Shown here piece after piece: positions 11,229 through 23,270 of a stretch of 39,347 bases of DNA (position 1 is its first letter; every line of letters begins with the position of its first letter). The DNA lies in NCBI RefSeq assembly GCF_001194135.2, contig NC_068987.1, forward strand, positions 103,109,187 to 103,148,533. The letters are read 5' to 3'. Both the position numbers and the translations under genes were made by a program. The stretch comes from Octopus bimaculoides (Eukaryota). The notes under the pieces were generated by a model. The model did no database searches. It had not been told where the DNA came from and saw only the letters and a program-made list of their open reading frames with translations.

Positions 11229-14200
11229 TTAGGAAAACCAAAATCACGTTGAACTTTCTCCAAGGCATATCTTAAAAAAATTTAATTCTTCTTAATTTCT
11301 TGAAATTATCTTCCCTCTTATTCAGAATTGCTGAAAATTATCACAGGGCTTATGTTCGTCTGCGCCGTAAATTGTAATAAATTAATAAATTACGAATTGA
11401 TGATATTCAGTACAAAACTCTCCAACCAACTTTGTTATACAACTTCACATTACTGCTTTCTTTGACTTATTTTCCCTTGGCTACAGTCTGCTTTAATAAT
11501 GGAACTAAACACGTTTGAGAAGTACATATAATGCTAAATTCCATATATACTGAATTGCCCACATCTTTCAGGAGTTGAGAAATATTATGATATACTGATG
11601 AGGCTTAAATAGGGCCCAGAAGAGTTCATATCAGTCACTCATCTCAGAAACAAAAAGAAGTTTGTTCTGTTTTACTTTTTCCAAAACATGCTAATTGAAC
11701 CAGAAAATTACTTCAATATTATCTCCCTTTCCTCATTCGAAGTTATTAATGATAACCGCTAAGTTTTTTTTTTACTTCTGTGTTTGTGACGGAACTTATT
11801 ATTAATAATAACTTTAACCAGTAATTGTACACATATGTGGATGCCGATTTCTAAATCCTAGTCACTAGCACGTTGGGGTTATATCCCTTTAACTTCTGTA
11901 GTTTATTTTTATGCTCGTTTACAGTTCAAACCAATAATATACCCTAGACATTCACGGATAGATATAGATAATAGACAGATGGCAAGAGTGAGAGAGAAAG
12001 GGAGAGGGAGGAGAGAGAAATAGTTCATTTTCGTCTTTGAAACTTTTGCACCGTAGAATTCTGAAACTAACACGGAGAAGCTATTTTTCTGCACCGCGAG
12101 AAAGTGTTTTCTGAACGTTCGGTGTGTCCCATTTTTTTTTTTTATCCTCTATATCATTTTGATTCTATTCGACTGTTAAAATTTGCCAGGCTAAATTTGT
12201 TCTCGTGGTGATATTTGATCATAATTTCAGTTGTTTCGTTTAAATTATAGGTTTTGCTTGATGGATGTATGAAATTTCATACAACATATGAACGGCATTA
12301 CTTCGCTTAATCGTGCTGGGCATGTTATGTTCAATGATTAACCATTCGGAATGGAGATGGTCAACACATCTATTTCAGTTGTTATTTCTTGCTAAGGCAA
12401 TACTGCTTCTCTGTTTCTCGTCCCTAAAGCTGGACAAATATTTAAGTACACGTCTTTTAAAGATATTTGGCATAGAATGTTGCGGTGCTTGCGTCCTTGC
12501 ACTCCTCGCTTCTAATATTATTTTCATTTCATGAAATACTGCTTTCTTTACGCATTTTGCTTTAAAGTGTCACATATGTTTATTCTTGCAGTTACACTGG
12601 ATTACCAAGACACATTATTTTTGACAGAAATTTCGAAGTTGTAACCCAAAGAATGTTTTCGTGGAGTAATAATTAATCTTGACGCTGTTATTACACTACT
12701 CATGTAGTTTATAATTGACAACTTTTGTTTTTTGGTAGGTTTAAGATAGTTTGATCTATATCTTGTTTTACGCATTTGCTGAAGCGCAAGTTAAACCAGA
12801 TTTTTAACCCGCTTTCTATTTCTGTTTGCATGTTCTTCAATCTTTTGGTACGTTGTCATTTTCTTTAGATACGTTATTTTCTAATGTAAAATATGGCAGT
12901 TTTATTAAAATTTACCGTATCTGATGATGCAATTGATATTAATTTGCAATACAGGTTATTATTACTTTGCATTATCGTTAAAGGATGTTATGAAACTTTA
13001 AATGCACGTTGACTACTCGTTTGGTCTTCTATTTTGAGGTCTAACCCTAAATCTCAAAATGTTTATGTTGGTAACAAATGTATTCTTAATGCTGATCTAT
13101 ATAATGTGCTAATTAATTATCTCCTGTATTAGTTTACTGTATAATTTGAATGTGACACCAATTATGTTGTGAGAAAATTCAAAATTATTTGAACAGCTTT
13201 GTAGATTCCGACGTTTAGAGGTTTGAATTCCAGTTTTGGTTCATTATCACACAGACTGCAGCTCCGTCGCAGTTGGCTGTGGCAACATCAAATGTTTCGT
13301 TGCAGATATCCACCTATGTAGAATCGTTGTCAAAATCAGAAAATGAATAAATTGAAAACTTTGCTACTAATGAATCTGATTCTTTTCATTTTTGCCCAGT
13401 ACCTTGGGGAGAACAGATATGGAAATTGTGCGTAGAACCCACCATTATCAAATTGAGGAAAGTTGCATTTATTTTTGTTATTGGTAATATTAAACAAGTC
13501 AAGCGCATTATTATAATTTCATTATCGTTGGTTAGTGGTCTTTCAAATTTCTTGGTTTCTGCTATTTGCAGTGTTCTTACTAAAAGATGTTCCCTCTTTG
13601 TATGAATTATCTGCCAGCATTTGATAAATAATACTAATTGGTCATGTCGTTCCTCAACGTGATATATGATTCTCATATAGTTAAGCAGTCTATCCTATAT
13701 TCTAAGTTTTACTGGTCTGGGATAAGTCTTGATGCATTATTGATTTTCTCCAAGGTGCTTGCATTTATTTCTATTATATGTCTGTGTGATGCTATTTGTC
13801 AGTAACCGTTGATGTCCTTATGCAGTTTATACAGACTTTCAGTTTTATCTGAGTGTATATATATATATATNNNNNNNNNNNNNNNNNNNNNNNNNNNNNN
13901 NNNNNNNNNNNNNNNNNNNNNNNNNNNNNNNNNNNNNNNNNNNNNNNNNNNNNNNNNNNNNNNNNNNNNNNNNNNNNNNNNNNNNNNNNNNNNNNNNNNN
14001 NNNNNNNNNNNNNNNNNNNNNNNNNNNNNNNNNNNNNNNNNNNNNNNNNNNNNNNNNNNNNNNNNNNNNNNNNNNNNNNNNNNNNNNNNNNNNNNNNNNN
14101 NNNNNNNNNNNNNNNNNNNNNNNNNNNNNNNNNNNNNNNNNNNNNNNNNNNNNNNNNNNNNNNNNNNNNNNNNNNNNNNNNNNNNNNNNNNNNNNNNNNN

Positions 14201-14418
14201 NNNNNNNNNNNNNNNNNNNNNNNNNNNNNNNNNNNNNNNNNNNNNNNNNNNNNNNNNNNNNNNNNNNNNNNNNNNNNNNNNNNNNNNNNNNNNNNNNNNN
14301 NNNNNNNNNNNNNNNNNNNNNNNNNNNNNNNNNNNNNNNNNNNNNNNNNNNNNNNNNNNNNNNNNNNNNNNNNNNNNNNNNNNNNNNNNNNNNNNNNNNN
14401 NNNNNNNNNNNNNNNNNN

Positions 14419-14946
14419 ATATTTATAAATAGGGACAATTCACAAAAAGACAAAAGACGAAGCAGGTGGTGTAGGCAACAGACAGATGTATTAGTTTAAC
14501 GCTCGAGAAGTGAAAAAGTGTTAAACGTTTCGAGCCTACGCTCTTCCACAGAAAGGAACACGGAAAAAAACAAGGAGAGAAAATAAAGAATGTGTAGTAG
14601 CTAGCAGTCTATCATGGCGAATGCCGGACAGAAGAGTCACACAGGAGAGCTAGGAAGAACGGGATATAATAAAGTAGTAGTGATCCCAAAACGAAGGTGC
14701 GCATGCGTGTGTATAAGATAGTATGTATGTGCGTGTGGAAGAGGGCTGGTGACCTTGACGTGTGCGTGTGTGTAGGTATGAAGATGTGGGGCTGGGAAGT
14801 GGTCAGTGCTAGTGTGATGCGATGTGATGAGTTGTGTGGTATGGAGGTGTATGGTGTACTGGTGAATGGTTTGGTGTGATGGTGTTGGAAGGTGGGGAGG
14901 TGAGGTGGGAAAGCAAGGGTGGGATGTGGGTTAGGCTGAGGGTGGG
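14419..14946 (-). mobile_element. Penelope-like terminal-repeat-containing non-autonomous element
   Basis: Minus strand CCTTTCTGTGGAAGAGCGTAGGCTCGAAACGTTT..GAGCGTTAAACTAATACATC; homologous to 24722-24857 (+). The GAAACGT motif is typical of PLE ends (assignment from memory). Confidence 0.55.
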
Positions 14947-14947
14947 A

Positions 14948-15013
<66 letters not shown>

Positions 15014-15746
15014 NNNNNNNNNNNNNNNNNNNNNNNNNNNNNNNNNNNNNNNNAAACGAGAGGGAGAGTGTGTGTGTGTGTGTGTTTGTATTACCTAAAC
15101 AAATGCAGGTATATAAAAAACATAGAACATCAACTCATTGCTTTGCATTTCATAATCTTATATGTATCTAAAGTGTACTGATGCTGAACATTATGAAAGT
15201 TACATCTTTTAAATAAACATTACATTAGTGTTTGTGTTTAGAATTACTGGAATTGATTGTTCTATTAAAATACTTCAGAGTGGTACCCAGCATGGATGTA
15301 GCCCAATGACGGAAAAAGTAAATGGTAAAACGTAGATCGGAAAGGTATGGCAGAACTTATCGGCTCCTATAAGTTCGATAGTCGTAGTTGTTGATGAATT
15401 ATAAGCATAATACTATGACAATCTGTTATCTCTTTTAATCATATTTTATATAGAACTACAATACACAATGATTTTTTTCTCTTTTACTTATTGTAATTTA
15501 TAATTCGAGATTCAGTTAATATCCAAATCAGTTTTAGCTTTGTAGTCATCCTACACGTAATGACGTTATTTTTGTTGTTTAGCTCTTGACAAGCCCTTGA
15601 CGTGAATACTTACACCTACGACACAACATGGAAGCGAACGTGACTGCAGCAGATCTTAAAGCCTTTAAACTATTAAAATGACTTCGATTATGTAAATCTA
15701 TGCGCACACACACACATACAGACAGACATGTAGACATATAACTTTC

Positions 15747-16428
15747 TTTCTTTTATTAGCCACACAGGGCTGCACGGAGAGGGGACAAATACAACTGTAG
15801 AGCTTTTCTTTAAAAAAGAAAAAAAAATCCGATCAAAACGGNNNNNNNNNNNNNNNNNNNNNNNNNNNNNNNNNNNNNNNNNNNNNNNNNNNNNNNNNNN
15901 NNNNNNNNNNNNNNNNNNNNNNNNNNNNNNNNNNNNNNNNNNNNNNNNNNNNNNNNNNNNNNNNNNNNNNNNNNNNNNNNNNNNNNNNNNNNNNNNNNNN
16001 NNNNNNNNNNNNNNNNNNNNNNNNNNNNNNNNNNNNNNNNNNNNNAAGTTTTCGTCTATAATCCTTTCGCTCGGGTCCACCACACACATTCTTTCACCAT
16101 GGCCACCAGTATGATGAACACTGCCTTGCCTTCCCTGTTGAGGGACGGTGGTGGAGCAAATTGCACAATAGACTCGGCTGACAGGCGGACTCGTCCCACA
16201 CGTGACAGCAGCCGTTCGGCATAAACCCACAGGTCGGAAATCTTTGGACACTGCACGATTGCGTGCAGAACAGTTTCGTCGCTCTGACCGCATCTCGGTC
16301 AGGTCGGTCCGGTGTGTCTCGAACCGTGCCTGTAAAGCTTATCCCGAACGAGTAATGCTTCTCGATAGCACTGCCAGGCCAGGGATCTCTGGTGGTTGTC
16401 CATAGGTCCCGGCCCGAAAGTTGTCCTG
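15747..16428 (-). mobile_element. L1/Tx1-clade LINE 3' portion (ORF2 C-terminal CCHC region plus 3' UTR), spanning an N-gap
   Basis: 16428->16046 translates as RTTFGPGPMDNHQRSLAWQCYREALLVRDKLYRHG..*PRCGQSDETVLHAIVQCPKISDLW..VFIILVAMVKECVWWTR (zf-RVT-like C-x2-C-x8-H-x4-C with the first Cys mutated). The 3' terminus ends CTGTGTGGCTAATAAAAG. Confidence 0.85.
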
Positions 16429-17329
16429 NNNNNNNNNNNNNNNNNNNNNNNNNNNNNNNNNNNNNNNNNNNNNNNNNNNNNNNNNNNNNNNNNNNNNNNN
16501 NNNNNNNNNNNNNNNNNNNNNNNNNNNNNNNNNNNNNNNNNNNNNNNNNNNNNNNNNNNNNNNNNNNNNNNNNNNNNNNNNNNNNNNNNNNNNNNNNNNN
16601 NNNNNNNNNNNNNNNNNNNNNNNNNNNNNNNNNNNNNNNNNNNNNNNNNNNNNNNNNNNNNNNNNNNNNNNNNNNNNNNNNNNNNNNNNNNNNNNNNNNN
16701 NNNNNNNNNNNNNNNNNNNNNNNNNNNNNNNNNNNNNNNNNNNNNNNNNNNNNNNNNNNNNNNNNNNNNNNNNNNNNNNNNNNNNNNNNNNNNNNNNNNN
16801 NNNNNNNNNNNNNNNNNNNNNNNNNNNNNNNNNNNNNNNNNNNNNNNNNNNNNNNNNNNNNNNNNNNNNNNNNNNNNNNNNNNNNNNNNNNNNNNNNNNN
16901 NNNNNNNNNNNNNNNNNNNNNNNNNNNNNNNNNNNNNNNNNNNNNNNNNNNNNNNNNNNNNNNNNNNNNNNNNNNNNNNNNNNNNNNNNNNNNNNNNNNN
17001 NNNNNNNNNNNNNNNNNNNNNNNNNNNNNNNNNNNNNNNNNNNNNNNNNNNNNNNNNNNNNNNNNNNNNNNNNNNNNNNNNNNNNNNNNNNNNNNNNNNN
17101 NNNNNNNNNNNNNNNNNNNNNNNNNNNNNNNNNNNNNNNNNNNNNNNNNNNNNNNNNNNNNNNNNNNNNNNNNNNNNNNNNNNNNNNNNNNNNNNNNNNN
17201 NNNNNNNNNNNNNNNNNNNNNNNNNNNNNNNNNNNNNNNNNNNNNNNNNNNNNNNNNNNNNNNNNNNNNNNNNNNNNNNNNNNNNNNNNNNNNNNNNNNN
17301 NNNNNNNNNNNNNNNNNNNNNNNNNNNNN

Positions 17330-17413
17330 ATATATATAAAGAGAGAGAGAGAGAGAGAGACAGACACAGAGAGAGAGAGAGAGAGACAGAGACAGAGAGA
17401 GACAGAGACAGAC

Positions 17414-17444
<31 letters not shown>

Positions 17445-17449
17445 TGCAG

Positions 17450-17480
<31 letters not shown>
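17330..17480. repeat. (GA)n/(GACA)n compound microsatellite
   Basis: Read directly. Confidence 0.97.
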
Positions 17481-17481
<1 letters not shown>

Positions 17482-18264
17482 TGATGTATTCATAAATCAA
17501 CTATTATTAGCGACTGAAACCGGTAACGTATTCTATAAAAATATGAATACTTTTCGTCTTTATTTATGATAAATTTTGGGAAACATTTTCTTCATTTCAC
17601 TTTTATGTGTGAAACTTCTTAACCTTGTCAATATACATACAGACTGACATACTTACGTACATACATATATGTCGTATACAAAAATGCCGATTTTTTTTTA
17701 CCATGATAAATCTAGATGGAAAGGTTGTGGATTGAAATATTAGTTCGAAAGCAACTTAAATTATACAACTCATCATATAGTCTCTTGAATTAATTCAGTT
17801 TATAAAAGGATATATTTCTAGACTTACTCTGGAACAAATATATCAGAGTAAATTCGGATAAATATCATTCCATAAAACTAATTAGTTCTATGCGATTTAT
17901 GGTGTTGTTACGTAAAGTAGACTTCATCATAGACAATCTTATACCATTTTATTGCTACAAGTAGTTGATTCTAAAATAGCGAATGTGAAATGGCCCAAGT
18001 TAACCACGAACGCATTTGTCATCATACGTCAAAACGAAAGACGAACAATTGACAAGGAATCGGCGAGAGTTGTGAAGTGAAACGTTTGTTTGGTCTTCTA
18101 AGTTTGGTGATTGATTCAGAGATAATTTCATTGGGAACTATGAGCTTGAGAAGGCGATATATGTTGTTGTTGTTGTGCGAAATGTTTGTGGTGGTGGTTC
18201 CAACGACAACAACGACGTCAGAAAATGGCAAAGGTGATGATGACTATCTATCGACGACTATATG

Positions 18265-18500
18265 ATGAAGAAGAAGAAGAAGAAGAAGAAGAAGAAGAAG
18301 AAGAAGAAGAAAAAGAAGAAGGAGGAGGAGGAGGAGGAGGAGAAGAAAAAGAAGAACAAGAACAAGAAGAACAAGAAGAACAAGAAGAACAAGAAGAACA
18401 AGAAGACTGCGTGCGCTGTCGGTAGCGATGATGACGGCAGCGACTAAATTACGAGACGACGATGATGTCGATGATGATGATGAAGATGACGAAGAAGATA
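18265..18500. repeat. Compound purine-rich trinucleotide repeats (GAA)n(GGA)n(GAACAAGAA)n plus GAT/GAC
   Basis: Read directly. It explains the polyE and polyK ORFs. Confidence 0.95.
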
Positions 18501-18554
18501 AAGTGGCAAAATCTTTAGACCGTCGAAAAGAATGTCTCGTAGTACTTGTTCGTA

Positions 18555-18640
18555 TTCTATATGGTCTGAGTTCAAATTCCGTTTAGGTCAATATCACCTT
18601 CCATCCTTTTGAGGTCGTTGAAATACAGTATCAAGCCTGG
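18555..18640 (+). mobile_element. SINE family B, decayed fragment
   Basis: TCTGAGTTCAAATTCCG...CCTTCCATCCTTTTGAGGTCG. Confidence 0.65.
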
Positions 18641-18737
18641 TTGGTAGATTAGCAGTATGAATGATGTACTGGATGTTTTGCTGTCATTTTCCCGACTTTT
18701 TGCGTTAAGAGTGTGCATATTTATGTCTGCATTTGCC

Positions 18738-18930
18738 CCAACGCTTGACAGCCGGTATTAGTTTGTTTACGTCATTGTAACATAACTGTTCGACAGTTAA
18801 CGGTAGTAGGAATGCGAGATTTAAAAAAAAAAGTACTGGCGTTGTTTTCACTGATTAAACACTTCAATGCGATTCGGTGCGGTGCTTCAGTATAGCTGCA
18901 GTCCAATGACTGAGACAAGGAAAAGAGTAA
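18738..18930 (+). mobile_element. SINE family A, decayed 3' half
   Basis: CGCTTGACAGCCGGT..TTTACGTC..GCGGTGCTTCAGTATAGCTGCAGTCCAATGACTGAGACAAG. Confidence 0.7.
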
Positions 18931-19061
18931 CAGAATATAAAGTAGCTTGTCTATTAAGCATAGAGTATATACGATTTATACAAACAAAGCTCCGTTATTT
19001 TGAACAGAATATACATTTCCGATATGTTTAAAAGGTATTTCTTGAATATGAGATTTGTTGA

Positions 19062-19271
19062 GGCGGCGAGCTGGCAGAAACGTTAGTACGCAGGGCGAAA
19101 TGCATACCGGTATTTCGTCTGCCGTTACGTTCTGAGTTCAAATTCCGCCGAGGTCGACTTTGCCTTTCATCTTTTCGGGGCGATAAATTAAGTATCAGTT
19201 AGGCACTGGGGTCGATCTACTCGACTTAACCCCTTTGTCTGTCCTTGTTTGTCTCCTCTATGTTTAGCCCC
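19062..19271 (+). mobile_element. SINE family B, young copy (left arm of fold-back)
   Basis: GGCGGCGAGCTGGCAGAAACGTTAG (A box) ... GAGTTCAAATTCC (B box) ... core ... TTAGCCCC. Confidence 0.9.
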
Positions 19272-19305
19272 TCTGCTGAGGTCGGTTTTGCCTTTCATCC
19301 TTTCG

Positions 19306-19510
19306 GGGGCTAAACACAGAGGGGACAAACAAGGACAGACAAAGGGATTATGTCTATTACATCCACCCCAGTGCGTAACTGGTACTTATTTAATCGACCT
19401 CGAGAGGATGAAAGTCGTCCTCGGCGGAATTTGAACTCAGAACGTAACGGCAGACGAAATACCGCTCAGCATTTCGCCCGGCGTACTAACGATTCTGCCA
19501 GCTCGCCGCC
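19306..19510 (-). mobile_element. SINE family B, young copy (right arm of fold-back)
   Basis: Reverse complement of 19062-19271, with scattered substitutions and small indels. Confidence 0.9.
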
Positions 19511-20029
19511 CTATTGCTGCTACATATAGTGAAACAATTGTAGTGACTGCTTCCAGTGAGGTGGACAGGCCCACCGAAATGGGAATTGCCTAAAGATAAA
19601 AATTAAACAGGTAATGTTACGTTAAACTGCAGGACTTATTTAAGGTAAAAAGAACTGGGCTATTTTCTTTACAACTCCTGTTTTTTTGACCCGTGATATC
19701 TATTTATCTTTAAGGTGGACTATATTACTTGATACTAAGTGCACTGGTAAGTGCTCTTAGTATCCTTTTACATCTGGGTAGACCAAACTAGATTAAAAAT
19801 TATGTGTCCTGGTCACAAGGAAAGAAAGGTTTCCCTATTCTATGGTATTTATTGACAATTAGGTAGACGAAGACGTTTCAGAGATCATCTCAACGAACTC
19901 AATGGAATGCTAGTGACAAGATTATAAGCCGCCAATTTCTTGCCGGTTGTATCTAGTTTTCAATCTTTACTCACGTAAGCTCTCAATTTTGGTGAGTGGT
20001 TCCCGATTAAGAGGTAGATAGACAGAAAG

Positions 20030-20119
20030 AGGAAGAGCGGGGAAGACAGACGGACATATAGATAGATTGACAGAGAGAGAGAGAGAGACAGAGAGAGAGA
20101 GAGACAGAGTGAGAGAGAC

Positions 20120-20167
<48 letters not shown>

Positions 20168-20228
20168 GGACGGACGGACGGACGGACCGATGGACGGACG
20201 GACAGTCAGACAGACAGACAGACAGAGT

Positions 20229-20297
<69 letters not shown>
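20030..20297. repeat. Compound (GA)/(GACA)/(GACG)/(GATA) microsatellite
   Basis: Read directly. Confidence 0.95.
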
Positions 20298-20420
20298 GCT
20301 AATGGATGGATTAGTTTTTCTGTTTGACAGATGACTACTCAGTTTTGCATGTACCTCACAATATCACCACCACACCCACATCCTTTGTTTTCGTTTCATC
20401 TTGAATACTTATTTAGCATC

Positions 20421-20472
20421 ACTGCTGTTGCTGCTGTTGCTGCTGTTGCTGCTGTTGCTGCTGTTGCTGCTG
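20421..20472. repeat. (GCTGCTGTT)n 9-mer repeat
   Basis: Read directly. Confidence 0.9.
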
Positions 20473-20940
20473 ATTGATGACATTGTTGTTAAACCCTAGT
20501 TCAGCCCTGATTGGACAGATCTATGATCAAAGCCATTCCATCTGAGAACAGCATGCTTTCTTTCTCATGCAGATTGCATTCAATAAAATATTACCCATTC
20601 TGATTTAGCTTCTCCAAGACGTTAGGCTCTGATGTTGAAAGAGATTTACTTGTTACATCTAGCAAGATGATTGACCATTTCTTCGAGAGAGACCCTGCAT
20701 TAGTTAGTTCAGATTCTTAATTACATAATTATACAGATCAATTTCCTCATACAGGCATACACACACACGCACGCACACGCACACGCACACGCCCATGCAC
20801 GCACACGCACACACAAGCATACATGCACGCACACACACACACACGCACTCTCTCTCACACTCTCTCTCACACACTCTCTCACTCTCACTCTGCATACATA
20901 CATGTGTGTGTGTGTGTGTGTTTTATACAATTATATAATA

Positions 20941-21008
20941 TTAATCTTCGGATTTTTTTAATATGCTACACCACTGGTTTTAATTGATCAATATCAATTT
21001 CTACCCTC

Positions 21009-21049
<41 letters not shown>

Positions 21050-21125
21050 TAAATAATTAGGGTAGAAATTGATATTAATCAATTAAAACTTGTGGCTTAG
21101 CATATTTAAAAAATCCGAAGATTAA
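20941..21125. repeat. Fold-back (inverted repeat) with a central (TA)n
   Basis: TTAATCTTCGGATTTTTT..AATATCAATTTCTACCCT / AGGGTAGAAATTGATATT..AAAAAATCCGAAGATTAA. Confidence 0.9.
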
Positions 21126-21132
21126 AAATAAT

Positions 21133-21344
21133 AGTACATACAAAATTAAGGAGAATGACCACCAAAGTGGACTCCTAACATGCGAAAGATAGACGTCAAA
21201 TCGCCTTAGAACGCAGAGTGCATTCTCAAGAAAAAATTTCAGCAAAACGCCGGAATGTAAAAATGAGTAAGACAAATGAAAGGCGATTTAGGGTCTATCT
21301 TTAACATATTAGCAGTCCACTTCGGTGGTCATTCCACTTAATTT

Positions 21345-21350
<6 letters not shown>
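21133..21350. repeat. Second, adjacent fold-back element (MITE-like)
   Basis: TACAAAATTAAGGAGAATGACCACCAAAGTGGACT..AAATCGCC / GGCGATTT..AGTCCACTTCGGTGGTCATTCCACTTAATTTTGTA, followed by (TA)n. Confidence 0.88.
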
Positions 21351-21381
<31 letters not shown>

Positions 21382-22068
21382 GCAAAGACATGTATGTGTG
21401 TGTTCATGGATACATATATCTACACACACATACACATATGTACACGTCTAAATCTCTCACTTTTTCTTTGCTTTTCAGCTTTATCTTTGTTAGGTTTGCC
21501 TTACGTCTGCCTCTCAGAGTATACTGACCATCTTCCCATGTTCCTATTTCCATGTTATAGAAACAACTCCTTCATATGTACATAACCATAAATCTCCCCC
21601 TCCTAAATCTCTCTCATTCTCCCCCTCTCTCTCTCTCCTCTCTCTCTCTCTTCTCCCCTCTCTCTTTCTCCTCTCTCTCTCTCCATTTATTTAGTGTTTC
21701 TCTCTTTTATTGAAACTCTCCCAATCTCCCCTTCTCTCACTCATTCTTCCTCTCTTTCCATCATCCAATTATGAGTCAATCTAATTTATGACAATTTTTA
21801 CTAATTTTAATTTCCGTATCTTTTCCTTTTTCTTTTTTGTTTTTAATAGTTTTCATAGACAGGCGAAGATCGATTCTGATTGGTCAATAAAAGAAAATCG
21901 CCCCGTATGTTTGCACAANNNNNNNNNNNNNNNNNNNNNNNNNNNNNNNNNNNNNNNNNNNNNNNNNNNNNNNNNNNNNNNNNNNNNNNNNNNNNNNNNN
22001 NNNNNNNNNNNNNNNNNNNNNNNNNNNNNNNNNNNNNNNNNNNNNNNNNNNNNNNNNNNNNNNNNNNN

Positions 22069-22100
<32 letters not shown>

Positions 22101-23221
22101 TGTATGCATGTATATATTTATACATATATATTTGTATACGTATACTAACATATCTAAAGATATATGTCTTTACAGATATTACAATCCCTACATAAGTACA
22201 TACGCATCTGCGTATATACATATGTATATACACGCTTACCAACATAAATTCATGTTTACTTACACGAACATACCTACGTATATACATACATGCGCACAGA
22301 TTGTTGCAGATTTCTTAAGCACTATACGGAGCCAATTGCTAAACGTGCTTGTTAACCGGACCATGTGATTAATATAGTGGCTACTGCGAGCAAAGTTCAT
22401 CAGATGACCTCAGCTTCTGTTTAACTTCTGCAGGTACCATATCCCTCCACCTAGTCTCCTCATTATAGAAGCGTTTCTAAAATAAATCAAACTTTGCATA
22501 AGAGGTATAATATAATTTTGGCACAACTTCAATCTAGCCTTAGAGTTATGTGCGCATACTGTTCGTTTGTCTCTGAAGCCATCGTTTTATATGCACACAC
22601 ACACGCACGCACACACACACGCACGCACACACGCACACACACACNNNNNNNNNNNNNNNNNNNNNNNNNNNNNNNNNNNNNNNNNNNNNNNNNNNNNNNN
22701 NNNNNNNNNNNNNNNNNNNNNNNNNNNNNNNNNNNNNNNNNNNNNNNNNNNNNNNNNNNNNNNNNNNNNNNNNNNNNNNNNNNNNNNNNNNNNNNNNNNN
22801 NNNNNNNNNNNNNNNNNNNNNNNNNNNNNNNNNNNNNNNNNNNNNNNNNNNNNNNNNNNNNNNNNNNNNNNNNNNNNNNNNNNNNNNNNNNNNNNNNNNN
22901 NNNNNNNNNNNNNNNNNNNNNNNNNNNNNNNNNNNNNNNNNNNNNNNNNNNNNNNNNNNNNNNNNNNNNNNNNNNNNNNNNNNNNNNNNNNNNNNNNNNN
23001 NNNNNNNNNNNNNNNNNNNNNNNNNNNNNNNNNNNNNNNNNNNNNNNNNNNNNNNNNNNNNNNNNNNNNNNNNNNNNNNNNNNNNNNNNNNNNNNNNNNN
23101 NNNNNNNNNNNNNNNNNNNNNNNNNNNNNNNNNNNNNNNNNNNNNNNNNNNNNNNNNNNNNNNNNNNNNNNNNNNNNNTATATATATATATATATATATC
23201 TATGAGTATTCAAATATATAC

Positions 23222-23270
<49 letters not shown>

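Noticed and set aside
11588-11633. CUGAUGA-GGC...GCC-CAGAAGAGUUC, a possible hammerhead relic
   Set aside because: It needs about five changes to restore GAAA, the cleavage triplet and stem I register; not supportable.
12918-12960. CUGAUGA followed by a UGCAA hairpin
   Set aside because: No GAAA or cleavage triplet follows.
18077-18447. Acidic or basic low-complexity ORFs
   Set aside because: Derived from GAA/GGA microsatellites.
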